Shown here piece after piece: positions 1 to 13,221 of a stretch of 64,000 nt of DNA. The notes beneath the pieces are model-generated. The model searched no databases. It was not told where the DNA came from and was given only the letters and a program-made list of their open reading frames with translations. Positions within the stretch are counted from its first letter, which is position 1, and each line of letters opens with the position of its first letter. The translations under genes and the position numbers were made by a program. The DNA comes from Paraphysomonas bandaiensis (taxonomy: Eukaryota > Protista > Chrysophyceae), in contig CBFFRP010000028.1 in NCBI GenBank assembly GCA_965644295.1, positions 198,998-262,997 on the forward strand. Reading direction: 5' to 3'.

Positions 1-3000
1 GCAGCCTTCTGTGGCCAATGCAGATAGCTGATCCAGTAAATGACCTCTCTGAAAAACTAATACTTGTTCTTGTAATGAATGAAGAACCTTCGGTGAAATA
101 TCGGCTATCTGTAGAAGTGAGCTAAATGCATTGAGAGATTTATCGAGTATGCAATAGTCTGAATTCGATTGCGCAATCGATAACAAATTTTGCAACTCTG
201 ATACAACCTACATAAAAGGTAATTAGAGTTCATTGTAACCATAACTGACCACAAACCGTTATAAGAGCAATGCCAGATACTTTGTGAGGGAATTGACTGG
301 CTATATGTTGAGAAATTTCCTGTTGTCGCTGAGCATTTTCAACATTGAATTCAACTTCATTATTATCTTCTCCCCACCCGACAACTGGCATAGCAGCCGC
401 TTCCTCAAGAGTCTCCACAAGTTGGCTCAATTTGCTGGTTTCTGAGACAAATGCGCGTTCTTCAAGAGCAAAGTGTGCAGTGTTCGTAAACTTTTGCATT
501 TCTTCAAGTACTTGGCTTGTCCTTTCTCGAGCTGCTGCTAGGCGGGCACTGTTCGATGAATCTAACCTCACAGGCTTACTCTTTTCCGAGTCTTGTGAAA
601 TATCTCCACGACTTGACGATGCTCGTCGTAGTGATACTGAAGAAACAGAAGCTTCATTCAGTACAGATTCCCGAAGATTAAGCAGCGACTTCATTCTTCT
701 CTTATTGTCGATTGTTTCAGGAAGAAAATCACTGTCCTCAAGAGATCCATCATCAATCTTTTCCACCAACGTACGCAGCATTTGTACTCCAAGGGGAGGC
801 GCATAAAAGGATGATGTACCACGAGAACCAACTTTTCCAGCCCGGGATACTATACTAAGCTGGACGTCAGATTGAGCAGCTATTGCCTCCTTAAGGCTAT
901 GCATGCGTTGGTCATTTAGATAAGATATTAGGTCCTTCTCCTCATCACTGTAAGGAGAAATAGCCCGAATCGTCGCATCCATCTCTTCAGTATGGTGTAT
1001 CACACCTAACCAATCCTTTTGCTTTCTTAACACACGCAAATTCCTCAAATCATCTGCGGCCTGAATCCATCGTAGGATGTCTTCTTCACCAGTCGCCGCA
1101 CATGCTGCTTTTGCCTTTAATATTACTAAAAATAATGACCGCGTATCCGTGGAGTTTTTAGCAGCAACATATAATGAATGAACTATTTGATGAGACCGTA
1201 CGTATGAAAGGATGCAAACCATTTGGTCACTATTTAAATCACGCTCTGAAGCGTCCTGCACGACACTCTGCATTGTCAAAAGTGATACTTCATGTGTTCG
1301 CCCCAATTTAATAAGTTTTAGACAGTCCACGACACTTATGCATATTTTCTTAAGGCCCATACTCTCGTCGTTGTGACAACCAACCGTATCAGCTGACGCT
1401 AAAGCATTGGTAAGAAGAGAAAAGTGAATCAATGAAGGGGTAGGGTTAAATTTATGGGTATTAGGGATAGTTGAGATCTCAAGTGTTGTCAACGCTTCCC
1501 GCATCGCTTTAATAAGTTTCATATGTGCAACTTCGTTCTGTACGAGAAGAAGTTCGTCGTTGGCCTCAAAAAAGTCTTTCAATTCATCCTTTTTTGTCTC
1601 ACACAGCACTGCTGCGGCGTCCCAGTCACTATTTTGTACAGCCTGCCTAATAGAAATCATGGCAGAACTCATCGCTCGTAACTCCAATACATGGCGGAAG
1701 AAATTATCACAAAACGTATCCACGCTTTGAGTGTCAGGAATATTCGTAAAGTCGCGTACAATAGTTATGTCTTTCTCGAGATCTGAACAAGTACTGGTGT
1801 GTAATGAAGAAGCGTACTCCATATCTTTCATGTGAAACTGAACATTACCAACCGACCCACTTATACAACGGCAAGATATGGATTCTTGAAACAAAAAACT
1901 TAATTTGCGCCGCTTTAGATCAGATATCACGATGTCTACTTCAGCGACGTTCGATCGGGAAAGAGACGTACGCGAAGCATTAGATAGCTGCTGAATTGTT
2001 AACTGCAAACCATCAACACTTTTGAGCTCATGAAGTGGTGAGCGATAAAGAGGCTTGACTACATTTCCTACCATGTAATTCTCTGGACGGCTTATACTAT
2101 TCAATATACCATTTTGTGCATCCTCTTTGTTGATTTCCAATATTAACTTCCTCGCTTTGAGAAGGATTCTTTCCGCTTCCTCCGCTTGTGCAAGCAAATT
2201 TCTTGGGCATCTTGGTAGCTCTCGCACTGCAGACAAAGCCACAGAAAGATCTTCTATACCTTTTTCTTGCACTAATACCTCTACGTCTGCGGCGGAAGTA
2301 AGCTTCCAATATACCGCACAACCAGATAATGCATTTCTCAACTGAATTCCACATTCCTGAATTTGTAGCAGCAACGAGCAGAACCGAATTTCAACTCCAT
2401 ATTCTGGAACTTGTGTACGAGCTGGGTGATGCTCAATCGCATTCAAGAGTTCCTTGCTCTTTGAAATAGCTATTATGCACGCCATTAGCATAAATACATT
2501 ACATTACCTGAGGAATGCTTTCTGACTGCATCAAACGGCGAATATTGAGCGATTTATCAGCTAGATCTAACATTGAAGTAAATTTACTTTCATCTAAATT
2601 CATTTCTTTAGCTGTCTGAATAATGTCTCTGCCAGACTTGATGTCACTGGTCAAAAGTGACCAATCTCCGGATTCGAAATCAAGAAGCGAAAAACACGGC
2701 GTTATACACACAGTTCTCAGCTCAGAGAGCGTGAGGTAGTACTTCGCTAGCCACCTACAATTATCGACCTCCTGAACAGCTAATGGATACCGACACTGCA
2801 TTATATCAACTAAATGAGGAGAGATGGATGGCAAATAGTTTATTAGCTCGTCCCATGAACGTCGGTTGAACAGATGCCTGATATCTAATATCACACCAGC
2901 AATTTCTATTGCGTTTGTAGCACATACAGAGTAAGGACGTTCGTTATTTTCACGTGCCTCTGAAAGTATGTGCTCAATATCATGTGTTTCAGCTATAAAA

Positions 3001-6000
3001 TCCAACGATACAGATTTCCTGATGTTGCCGATCGACAACACTGCGTCCAGAGAGTTTATTACATTCCTTTCTGCAACCCAGTGCTTGTATAATTTGAATT
3101 GTGGCCGAATTACGTTCATAAATTGCGGCTCGTCTGAGCAATCTGTACCGATCAAAGAGTTGGCAACATTATCGAATATCTAACACAGAAAAATATTAAG
3201 GGATACTGTTTCACGCACAAAACACCAACCTGAAGAGATTCTTTCACAGCATCACTATCATCAGCTGCTGCATTACTTCTGCATTCCACCAATAGGCCAC
3301 AGAAGGTTAACAACGCTCGACATTCTTTAGATCGCAAATTAGATTGGTCAATTTCACCAATCGTATTTTCAATATCATCAACAGAATCAAGATTTTGTGG
3401 TTCCAGTTTCCCCGACACTGTATCAAAATAGACAATGCTACTTTCCACTGCCTTACACATATCAGGTACGTACTGCGCTACTTCTTTCTCGATGTCGCGC
3501 AAGCGTGTTTCGGCAGTCAAAAGAGCTGCCTCGGCACCCTCAACTAGGGACTTATATTCTGCCAACGTCGTAATTGCAGTTTGCAATTGCACGCCAGTTA
3601 GGTCTGTAGAAGTCTGTATTCGATTTACGGAATCCTCTGCCATCTGCAGTTTTTCTAGCATATTGCTGGCAGCTGTCACCCAATCGTGCACAAAATTCAT
3701 TTCATGTGCCGCTGATATCTGATTCCTCAAAGTTTGTACATCATTCGAAGTCAGTGGACCAGATCTTTTACCGTCATCCAGTATAGCAGCAATGTTCTGA
3801 GTAATTGCTTGTTGCTTGCGCAACATTTCTAGATAGTTAGTTTCTCTCGTTACTATGTGGAGAAGAATATCTTTGTACGAAAGTGTATTTAAACAATGAC
3901 AGTGGCTTTTGAGTTCGATTATGCTATTTTCGGCGTTTTCAAGGTCACAGTCTGACACAAAGGAATCATATGCCCTTGTACAATCCCTATTACACGTCGA
4001 CAGGGTTAAGAGGTTAAATGACACTTTGACACACATAGTATACAACCATACCTGATTCTTTTGAAAATTTTTCGAATTCGACAGGATCGACACCACTTCT
4101 TAATCGTATCTGCAGCACCAAGTTCTAATATTTCTTTCTCATTTTCAAGGAAGCGAAACTCATTTCCCTTCATGAATACCATCGTACGCCCAACTTGCAA
4201 AAACGAAACTTTACTTGAGTGTACACCCTGTATCGTACTCACAACTTTCTGGGCGAGCTGACAGCTGGAGTCATATTCATTCTCGTCGCTGACGACATGA
4301 GGCCAACGATACACCTCAGGGAGCAGACAACGGTAGCGATCGATAAACTCTTCGTGTTTCAGCCTAAAGGGCAGGCCAGACTGCTGAATCTTTACAACTT
4401 CGAAAACGCCGCTGTACAAAAGCTGGCGGTGAACCAATGGGGCTTCAAAATCACGGGGAATACACCTCGAGCTAGATTTGATGCAGCGAACAAAATGACT
4501 CTCAGTGCTACGTAGCATTCCCATCAGTGACGCAAGCTGCGTTTGAAACCCTTTAGATAACGACGGCACAGAGCTACGTACACTGGTTTTGCGCATCCCA
4601 CTTTTTTCCGGAGACACGTCATGGTCAACAGAGTCCGACTGAGTCGAGAATATTCGACCAACAAGTGGGTTAGATGATGATATCATCGCGCCGACGAGGT
4701 CATTCGACAGAGTTTCAGTATTTTTCTCCATAAAGTTATTAGGTATGTATGTCACAGGGCCAGCATAGTGGCTGACATTGAATGAGTCCTTCTGTATAGA
4801 AAAGGTTAATATCTGGTCGCTATCTTTGATGGCTGGAATATTCAAACGCTTCATTTTGTCAAACCAAGTTTTTGACGATCCCCTTGGAATACGGGCTTCT
4901 TCGTCCAGACTCTTAAAGCATTCTTCTATCTTCGCAATTACGGGATCATTAGGTTTGAACAGAATACTTTCGCATTCGATTTCCTCAGCTTCATATAACT
5001 TCGTCTCCGTGATGAAAATAACAAAGTTGAAGTGATTTTGTAGCATTTCATTGCAGTAATTAATACACAACTGTTCAAAAGAGTTCACTTCAAATATTTC
5101 AAAGCCGAAAATATCGAGAAGGCCAATCATTCTTGTTGGCTTACTGGATTCTGGACATTTGTTATTCTCATTGATCTGAGTAATAATATATTCAAATATC
5201 TTATCGTAAAGATTTCGCGCAAGTGAATCTCTTGTTTCCAGCGCCTTTTGAGTATTCAATCGAACAGTGGTGATACTCTTTCTCATTCCACCTGTAACAT
5301 TCTATGACGTCATCCTTATCAATAAATACATGGAACGCAGCATCTAGTACAGCCAAATTGCGTTGTTATATACGATATATATACCTGACTGAAATGTACG
5401 TGTGCATAGTGCCTGGCCAAGAGTTCCAGCACTCACGCCTAGCGCCTCCGCCGCCTCTGCAAAAGATCTTCTCGACTCATCGCTTGATGTGTTTACCTCT
5501 GAAGATTCTCCCTCATCAATACCATCAAAATCAATATTTCCTAGGACCAAAACAGCACCAACCACACGAAATATCTCAAGTATCACCTCTGGCTCAAACC
5601 CCATGTCAAGAAACGCGTCGAACATCTCTTCGAAATTATCAGCATCGTTGAGATCCTTAGCCTCCTGTGATCCTTGGCAAAGATACTTGTAGTCGGTACT
5701 GTTTGGACGATTGAAGAGGTGAATATCACGAAGCATATCCTCTGAACCACCCCGAAGGATCTGATAGAACACGTGATAGTTGCGTTCCTTGATATCTCTT
5801 TGTGTAACGCGCGATTTCTAAAGACATACAAATTATCGGATTACGCAATTATTACATACGAACTCAAGTATGAAATATCTTTTTAGATTATTTCTTACCT
5901 CAAGCAAATAAGATGTTATTTTTGATCCTTGGATGACATTGTCCTGAGAGAATATCAGTTCCATCCACTTGCCGAATCGTGAGGAGTTGGGATTACGTAT

Positions 6001-6651
6001 GGTTTGTGCGTTTCCAAAAGCTTCCAGTATAGGACTGGCGGCTATAATTCTACTAGCAATTTGAGAGACTTCCGTATTTTCTACATCAGTCGATACATGG
6101 CGCCCTCCGCCGGAGACTCGAGTGAGATAGTCCAGACATTGCTTCGTCGCCTCTGTCTTTCCAGCACCAGATTCGCCAGATATCAACAACGATTGGTTCT
6201 TACCGAACGAACACATTGCTGAGTATGCTCTTGCTGGAATTAGATATACATGTGCTGGCAATTCTTCGTCTTTGATGTGCCGATATTCATTGATCTTTGC
6301 TGGACCATAAAGGCCTTCAATCGTCTCAAAAGGATTCAAGGCCATTAACACAGCACCGATAGATGTGTATATAGCTTTTCGCATAAACCTTATTCTACTA
6401 GAATTTAGAATAGTTGCATCGTTTACTTGTGACAGTGATATCAAATCATTAACATCCTCCGTCATTACAGATGGGTCTTCTATTGGAATACACTCAGATT
6501 CAGCAATCGTTATAGATTTCTGATCATCCAACAACACAAGGGACAGAGTTTCATCTTTTCTTGACGTAAGTTCTGCTGCACACCATATGTGATCAGGATG
6601 CGGACACCAGTAATACTCTTTTTTGGTCTTCTTCACTATTTTTCTGTTCAT
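1..6651 (-). CDS. Unconventional myosin: N-terminal SH3-like region, motor domain, about one IQ-like motif, long alpha-helical tail; spliced, 3' end lies beyond the window
   Basis: P-loop GESGAGKT, switch I NPNSSRFGK, switch II DIFGFE, LCINYCNE. ORFs 5833-6651, 5344-5772, 4006-5286, 3152-4096, 2499-3155 and 230-2491 are joined by GT-AG introns at about 5818-5898, 5292-5384, 3987-4051, 3180-3229, 2459-2507 and 208-280. Confidence 0.93.
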
Positions 6652-7271
6652 TGTTACAATGGAGGAGACAGCACAACACTACGATTATATTCAGATACAA
6701 GTATCAAACATGAGATCAGTCATTCCATGTGTCAAGATAAGACCATTGCGGTCACTGAATGTGTCCTTGATAGTTTGCATTTCAGCAGGAATATGGATGT
6801 GTGTCTCCTCTTTATATGTGTGAGATATGCATAGACGATATGTGTATATGGGATACAGCAGCAGCAGACATGGAACGATAGATACAGCAGGCAGGAATAG
6901 CAGTACAGCATATACTGTATGTAAAGGTGTACACATATCACAATATGGCAGTTGACTTCAGTATAGGAATTCCTAGTAGAATACCACAAAATACAACGTA
7001 TTTTTTATATGTCAGAGATTTTAAGAGCGCTGTGTTGGGTACATTTCTACCAGTATATACCGTATACCGTATACTCTGTATATCCTGTGCATAACTATCG
7101 CAGAGGTCAAGTCTAGAACCACACTGTGGAGTGTATACATACACGTGTAATAATAATATAAAGAGAGATCAAACCTGACTTCTGAACGTATGCACTCATA
7201 CTCAACGGATCGGTGTCTGCTATAAATTTCCTCTGTATTGTGAACTTGTTGGCCCTATTGGATTAAAGTCA

Positions 7272-8108
7272 ATGGAGGCTAAAGGGGATGGTAGACCACC
7301 CATGTCTCTCATGGACGCTAAAAGTGCATCGTATGACGCGGACTCGAAAATGTCTCATGGATTCTCTTCTAAACCTGCTAAGAATGTTGCGGCGAAAGAC
7401 TATCCATTGTCTCCGACAGATAATTTACTTTCTCCATGTTCACAAAAGCTGAGACGTAAACGCAGCAAGAAGTTGTCAGAAGACAGTGTGGAATACTGGC
7501 GCCTACCAGATGGCATAGATATTATACTGGGAAGTACTTCTATAGCGAGAGCGAATATATTGAGAGAAGTGGGTTGGGAGTTTCGTTGTGTTAACCCTCG
7601 TATTAATAAAAAATCTGTAACTTCTAATGACCCTTTCCGACTCCCTGTGCTTCTTGCGAAGGCAGAGGCAACGGCAGTCTTGGAAGAGATTCAGGGAACC
7701 ACCGTTCCAACTGTTATCATCACGACTGATCAAATTGTACTATTCGAGAACGAAGTCCGTGGTGTACCCGTCAATGAAGATGAGGCGAGAGAGTTCTTGC
7801 TGTCATACCACGAGGGTAAGATTGTACAAATCGTAAGCGGTGTTGTTGCTACGCATATTCCCAGTGGTCGCCAGAGCGCCGAATTAGATATTTGTACTAT
7901 TCATTGGAATGGTATTCCCGAAAATGTTGTGGAGCGTTTCTTGGCTACCAAGCATATGATTTACGAGAGTGCTGGGGCGATCCTCATCGAAGACCCGGAT
8001 TTTTTGCAGTACGTGGATCACATAGAGGGACAACTTGACTCGATACGAGGGCTACCAGTCGCGGCCATGAAGCGGACCATTCGGTCTGTTGTTTCCAGTG
8101 ATATATAG
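7272..8108 (+). CDS. Maf-like (nucleotide pyrophosphatase fold) protein with an N-terminal Spo12-type SPTDxxxSPC motif
   Basis: Single-exon 278 aa. Maf motifs IILGSTSIAR, ITTDQIV, SAGAILIE and GQLDSIRGLP; N-terminal LSPTDNLLSPCSQKLRRKR. Confidence 0.88.
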   Translation: MEAKGDGRPPMSLMDAKSASYDADSKMSHGFSSKPAKNVAAKDYPLSPTDNLLSPCSQKLRRKRSKKLSEDSVEYWRLPDGIDIILGSTSIARANILREVGWEFRCVNPRINKKSVTSNDPFRLPVLLAKAEATAVLEEIQGTTVPTVIITTDQIVLFENEVRGVPVNEDEAREFLLSYHEGKIVQIVSGVVATHIPSGRQSAELDICTIHWNGIPENVVERFLATKHMIYESAGAILIEDPDFLQYVDHIEGQLDSIRGLPVAAMKRTIRSVVSSDI

Positions 8109-8703
8109 CTTTCGTTATCTGGCTATATTTTTTTTTACTGTCCGGGACCTGAATTTCTGTTTGGGACTATCGTTCATTGTTCTAACTGTTGTTGTATGTT
8201 GCTCCGTCTTATAGTAAACCTTATTCAGCTTCTTATTTGTAGTGTGTGTACAGTCATACGTAATTGGAATCTGTGTTTTCGTATGAAATAATAAAAATAA
8301 CTATTAAGCAATGGTTCGAATACACTTTGTATGATTGTGACTTGTGACTACTATTCCCTAATCTAGGCACAAAGAGACACAGAGTATTAGCTTAGAGCCT
8401 AGTATATACAATATATATATATTCAGTAGTGAAATTAGAATTGGAGTATATCGTATGCGTAACTGAACAAAAGTATTGGTCGACTATATGCGGTGTGGTT
8501 GCGTTGTTGCTGTTGAAGGAAAAGGTTCAAATCGTTTCTACAAATTTTGTGCTTGAATTAATATGAATTATTCATATTGTCAAATAATTATTAAATTACA
8601 GTGCAATAAGTATTACGCTTAAAATAATGTCGGGACCACCACATATATAAAACATGACGGACCTACGTTTAAAATATCAAATATGTCCAACTGCACGAGG
8701 CAC

Positions 8704-9607
8704 TCAGCATCGTTTGCTATCACATATTTCGCACTCATCAAGGTATCCACTATTTACAAAAGTACATGCCCTACAAGACCACGAGGCACCGGACAGATCA
8801 CTATCTTCGCTGCCAGGAGAGGGTGTAGCCTCCAGGTCTTCAGGTGTGCACTTATCCTGAGGTATACTAACTGTCTTATCTTTCCACTTCATAACATGAT
8901 TGATTTCTCCTAGTTGCTTACCACTTTCACCACTGTCAGGGTTTAGTTTCTTCCGTTGACGACGAAGTTTAAGGTCGCCGGGACGATCGTAGTAAGCCAA
9001 TATGCTCCCACGCTTTTTCTTTCGCGTAGATGGAGCAGTGTCTTCGATCCTATTCGAGGTATTACCTGATACATGCGAGCTCCTATTGTTTAATTTCTCT
9101 GCAAGTTCTCTTGCTATTCGTGCATCTTCCTCAACTCGAGCGGCGACTTCCTCCTGCTCACCCCGTAGGCGTTCTGCTTCGCTCTCCACCAATCGTCGAG
9201 CCAGCTCGGTGTCATATTCGATCTGTTCGCTATCTTCTGCTATTCGCTCTTCTAACATTTTTTTATACTCTCCGGCGAGTACACCCGTGCCAAGGGGGAC
9301 TGGCACGATGCCGTCATCTTCACGTTGTATCACTTGGTCTCGCAGCTGCGATAAGTAGTCTGCGGGGGTAGCATCCTCACATCGTTTCATCACACTCCTT
9401 ACACCAATCCTTCGTTAGTTTACAATGAATACAATATATACTGTTCAGTTACCTCGCAATCCATCGCTTCTTGTCCCAAGGGCAAGTCACGCTAGTGTCC
9501 ACAATGGAACGTAAACACTCTCTACACAGCGTTTTAGCACAACAAAAGAGCTTCATGGGCGCGTGTATATCATCATCATATCTTTCAAAGCACAGTTCGC
9601 ACTCCAT
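8704..9607 (-). CDS. RING-finger protein with two MIU-like ubiquitin-binding helices and a C-terminal RanBP2/NZF zinc finger
   Basis: Exon 1 is CELC..CCAKTLCREC..CPWD. Intron 9398-9452 (55 nt) keeps the frame. Exon 2 has DTELARRL, EEDARIAREL and WSCRACTFVN..CEIC. Confidence 0.82.
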
Positions 9608-10346
9608 ATATAAAGATACAGTTCTAAACGTAATAATCACAATAAATCTTTAGTTCATAAGATCAGGTTGATGAATGCAGTTGATTCAGTGCTGTTATTA
9701 ACCAGCTTCATCTCGTAAAGTCAATCCCATTAACACCATGCTTTGTGTCACAAGGTATCCAATGAATCAGCGTCAGTGATGTGCGGTACTTTACATTTCC
9801 AAAGCATCATAGCGCAGAAAGGATTGCTGATTGTGGGTACTAACTCGAGAACTGTGCTGTACCATACTTAGCTACATGTCGCTCATCAGGCAGCGAGTCA
9901 CTGTGTGTTTTTTGTTCTTGATGTTCTTTTTTGGGGTGATTTTGATTTTTGAATCCACTGCTGCTGTATACCGCCGTATACAGCGGTATACTTGGATGCT
10001 GCTGGTGATGGGTATGTAGAAATACATACACGTATACCCGGGTAATACCGTACAAAAAATACCATTTGAAAGAGAAAAAATGTAACGGCCACCGAGTGCA
10101 TGCAGGATGTGTATGTGTATGTCCATGTACGTGATTCCCCATATGACAGACAGCCTCCAGTGTGCTGCTATGCAACTGCTGGGAGTTGGGAATATATTAA
10201 CGACACACGGAGGTCTATTAAACAGATCAACAGTCTGCTCTCGTTCCATGATAGTGCAAGATAGATAATACACATATATCTGGACAAGCAACGCTGTATT
10301 ATTAGCAATATCTGACTTCTTATTCCTATTCTATTAAACTCCACTG

Positions 10347-13221
10347 ATGGCAGACGCTGTGAGTTCCTATAAATTTCATTGTCACTTCTCTTACAATACC
10401 GAAATACAGGATACCGAAACAGCGGATGCTGTGTCACTTGAAAAAGGCGGAAAAGGCGCAAACGGAGAAGATTATGAGAATGATCTTGAGGCCAATGCCT
10501 CTGCATTTGAGGCCCTGGAGAGGGACTTCCAGGATGTGAGTTGATATGAGATACAGTGTTTAGGTAATGTTGTTTACAGGTTTTGTCTGAACTTATGGGC
10601 GATCAAAGTTTGGAGAAATTCAGACTCGAGTATGAGAAGCTCCATCGAGCTTTAAAGAAGTCCCATGAGCAAGAAAAGCGCTTGGTGAAGAAGTGCAGGG
10701 AATTGAATTCTGAAATATTGAACAATCAAGCCAAAATTAAAACCGCGTTGAGATTATCACAAGAAGACCAGAAGACTATTTCACATCTACAAAAGGAAAT
10801 GGAAAAGACGTGGAAACTGGTCTACATGTCTCAAGAAAAAGAAATGCGTGGCAAAGAGACTATCACTCAATTAAAAGAAGAAATGGCCAATCTAAGTAAA
10901 CTTGTAGAGAAGGGTGCAGGACTGAGCATAAACCAAGAAAATATGGTAAAAGAATTCAAACAGGCGAAGGAGGATTTGCAGCGTCATGTAAGTATTGTAT
11001 GCGTATGACCGTGGTGTCGTTATTGGAACACTCTTTTTAGGTGGATGAGCAACAATCACAGATATCCCAGATGGAAGTGCAGCTAGTTGAGCAGCATAAG
11101 GTCCAGGAAGACCTTAGAGAGGAGAAAATGAAGGCCATTGCGACATCTGATGATCTAAGAATTAAACTTCAAGCGAAGGAAACCGAGATCGAGAGGGAAG
11201 CACGTCGCCGAGAGAAAACCCAAAAGGAGCTTCAAGACGCCCGTTTAAAACTTGACGAGAAAATCCGACAGGAGGAATTGATGACAGGGGAAGTGACCAA
11301 AACCCACGCTCAAGTTCAGGAGCTGGAAAAACAGCTCAATGATGCGCGAACCACCATGGAGAAATATCTGCGTGATTATGACGCTCTGTATCACCGAACC
11401 CACAAAGTGACAGAGGACCTGGAGGACCAGGTCAACAGGAACCGGCAGATGTACCTCTCGAACGTAAATTTGGAAAAGGATATTAAGATAAGAAATTCAG
11501 AGGTGAGTCGTTTGCGTACGGAGAAAGGTCAGCTCGAGCGCTTGTTGGAGAAGGAGCATGCCCAGGTGTTGCACTACAAGCAGCAACTGGAAGCTTCCAA
11601 GACTCCTTTGGTGATGTTACAGCAAGAAGTGGACAGTCTTCAGAAAGAGTTACTGAAACACAGAAAGGTAGAAGATCAGCTGGAACGTGCCCGTCAGACA
11701 GTCGAGAAGGAGAAGATGTTGCAGATGAGGGCGACGGAAAAGGCTGAGGGGAGAACAAAAGAACAGGAGGATCTCCTGAGGGAGCAGGAACGAGTCACGT
11801 CCAGTCTCAGTTCTGAGATGCAAGGCTACAAGGATGAACTGCAGCGATTACGAAAGGTCATATATCAGCTTGAGAAGGACAGAGAGAGACTTGGGAACGA
11901 GGCTGGGGAACAGAAGAATGTTATCCTGGAGCATGTGGAGAAGGTTAAGCTGAAGGACGTCCATATTATGGAACTTCAGAAGAAAATAGTGGAATGGGAG
12001 GCGAAATTAAAGCAGCAGCAACAACTATATGAGACCGTCCGTACTGATCGCAATCACTACAGCAAGAGCTTGATAGAGTCGCAGGATGAAATCGCAGAGA
12101 TGCGGAAAAAGATAAAGATCATGGATCACCAGATCGAGCAGCTAAAGGAAGAGATCTCAGCAAAGGACCAGGCTATCGTGAAAGAATATTTCGACTATCA
12201 GCGTGCGGAAAAGCTTCGAGAGCACGTACAGAATGAGCTTAATCGGAAGAATTTGTTGTTGGAGAGCAATCACGAGCTTATCAAACAGCAGGACGTGGAG
12301 GTGAGAAGACTAACGTCAACGATCCGACGCATGGACGAAGAGTCTCTCGCGCAGCGCAAGGAGTACGACCAGGTCATAAACGAAAGAGATATTCTAGGCA
12401 CCCAACTGATTCGGCGGAATGATGAGCTTGCTCTCCTCTATGAGAAGCTCCGTGTTCAGCAGAGTGCTCTAAGCGCCGGCGAGGCACAATATGCAGCGAG
12501 GCTGGACGATATTAGGGCACTCCGGATGAAAGTGAAGGACCTCGCCCGTGAGCTGAATGTGTCGAAAGGTAGTGGCGCAAAGATCGAAAGTCTTAGGAGA
12601 GAGGTTCTACATCTGCAGCGCGAGCTATTACAGGAGAAAACGAAAGTAACAGCGCTGTCGGAGGAACTGGAGAATCCAATGAACGTCCATAGATGGCGTA
12701 AACTTGAAGGAAGCGATCCAGCAACATTCGAACTTATTCAGAAAGTACAAACGCTTCAAAAGCGTCTTATATCGAAAACGGAGGAAGTTGTTGAGAAGAG
12801 CTTAATTATTCAAGAAAAAGAAAAAATGTACAATGAGCTCAAAGGGGTGCTTGCACGACAACCGGGACCCGAAGTCGCAGAGCAGCTAACTACATATCAG
12901 CAGAGTTTGAAGCAAAAGACAAGACAGATGAAGGCTATGGCGAGCGAATTGAACATGTACCAGGCTCAAGTGAATGAATACCGCTATGATGTCGAAAGGT
13001 TGAACAGAGAACTACAGGATGTAAAACGAAAGTATTATCAACAGAAACGGAAAGATCAAATAGTGAAAGAAATGGGAGGGAATCTTTCTGGAGCTTCTGT
13101 TGACGATTCGGGTGTTATTGTTATGAGTAAGACTGCTCCTAATGCTTTGCGAAGTGAGCAAGCAGCTGTAGCGAAACAAGCACGGACAAGGTTCGCTGGT
13201 GGTGGCTTTGCTGTCAAATAA
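10347..13221 (+). CDS. CFAP58: Cilia- and flagella-associated protein 58 (CCDC147), coiled coil
   Basis: Family motifs LEKFRLEYEKLHRALKKSHE, NPMNVHRWRKLEGSDP and C-terminal RFAGGGF. Introns at about 10359-10409, 10536-10579 and 10988-11040. Confidence 0.92.
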
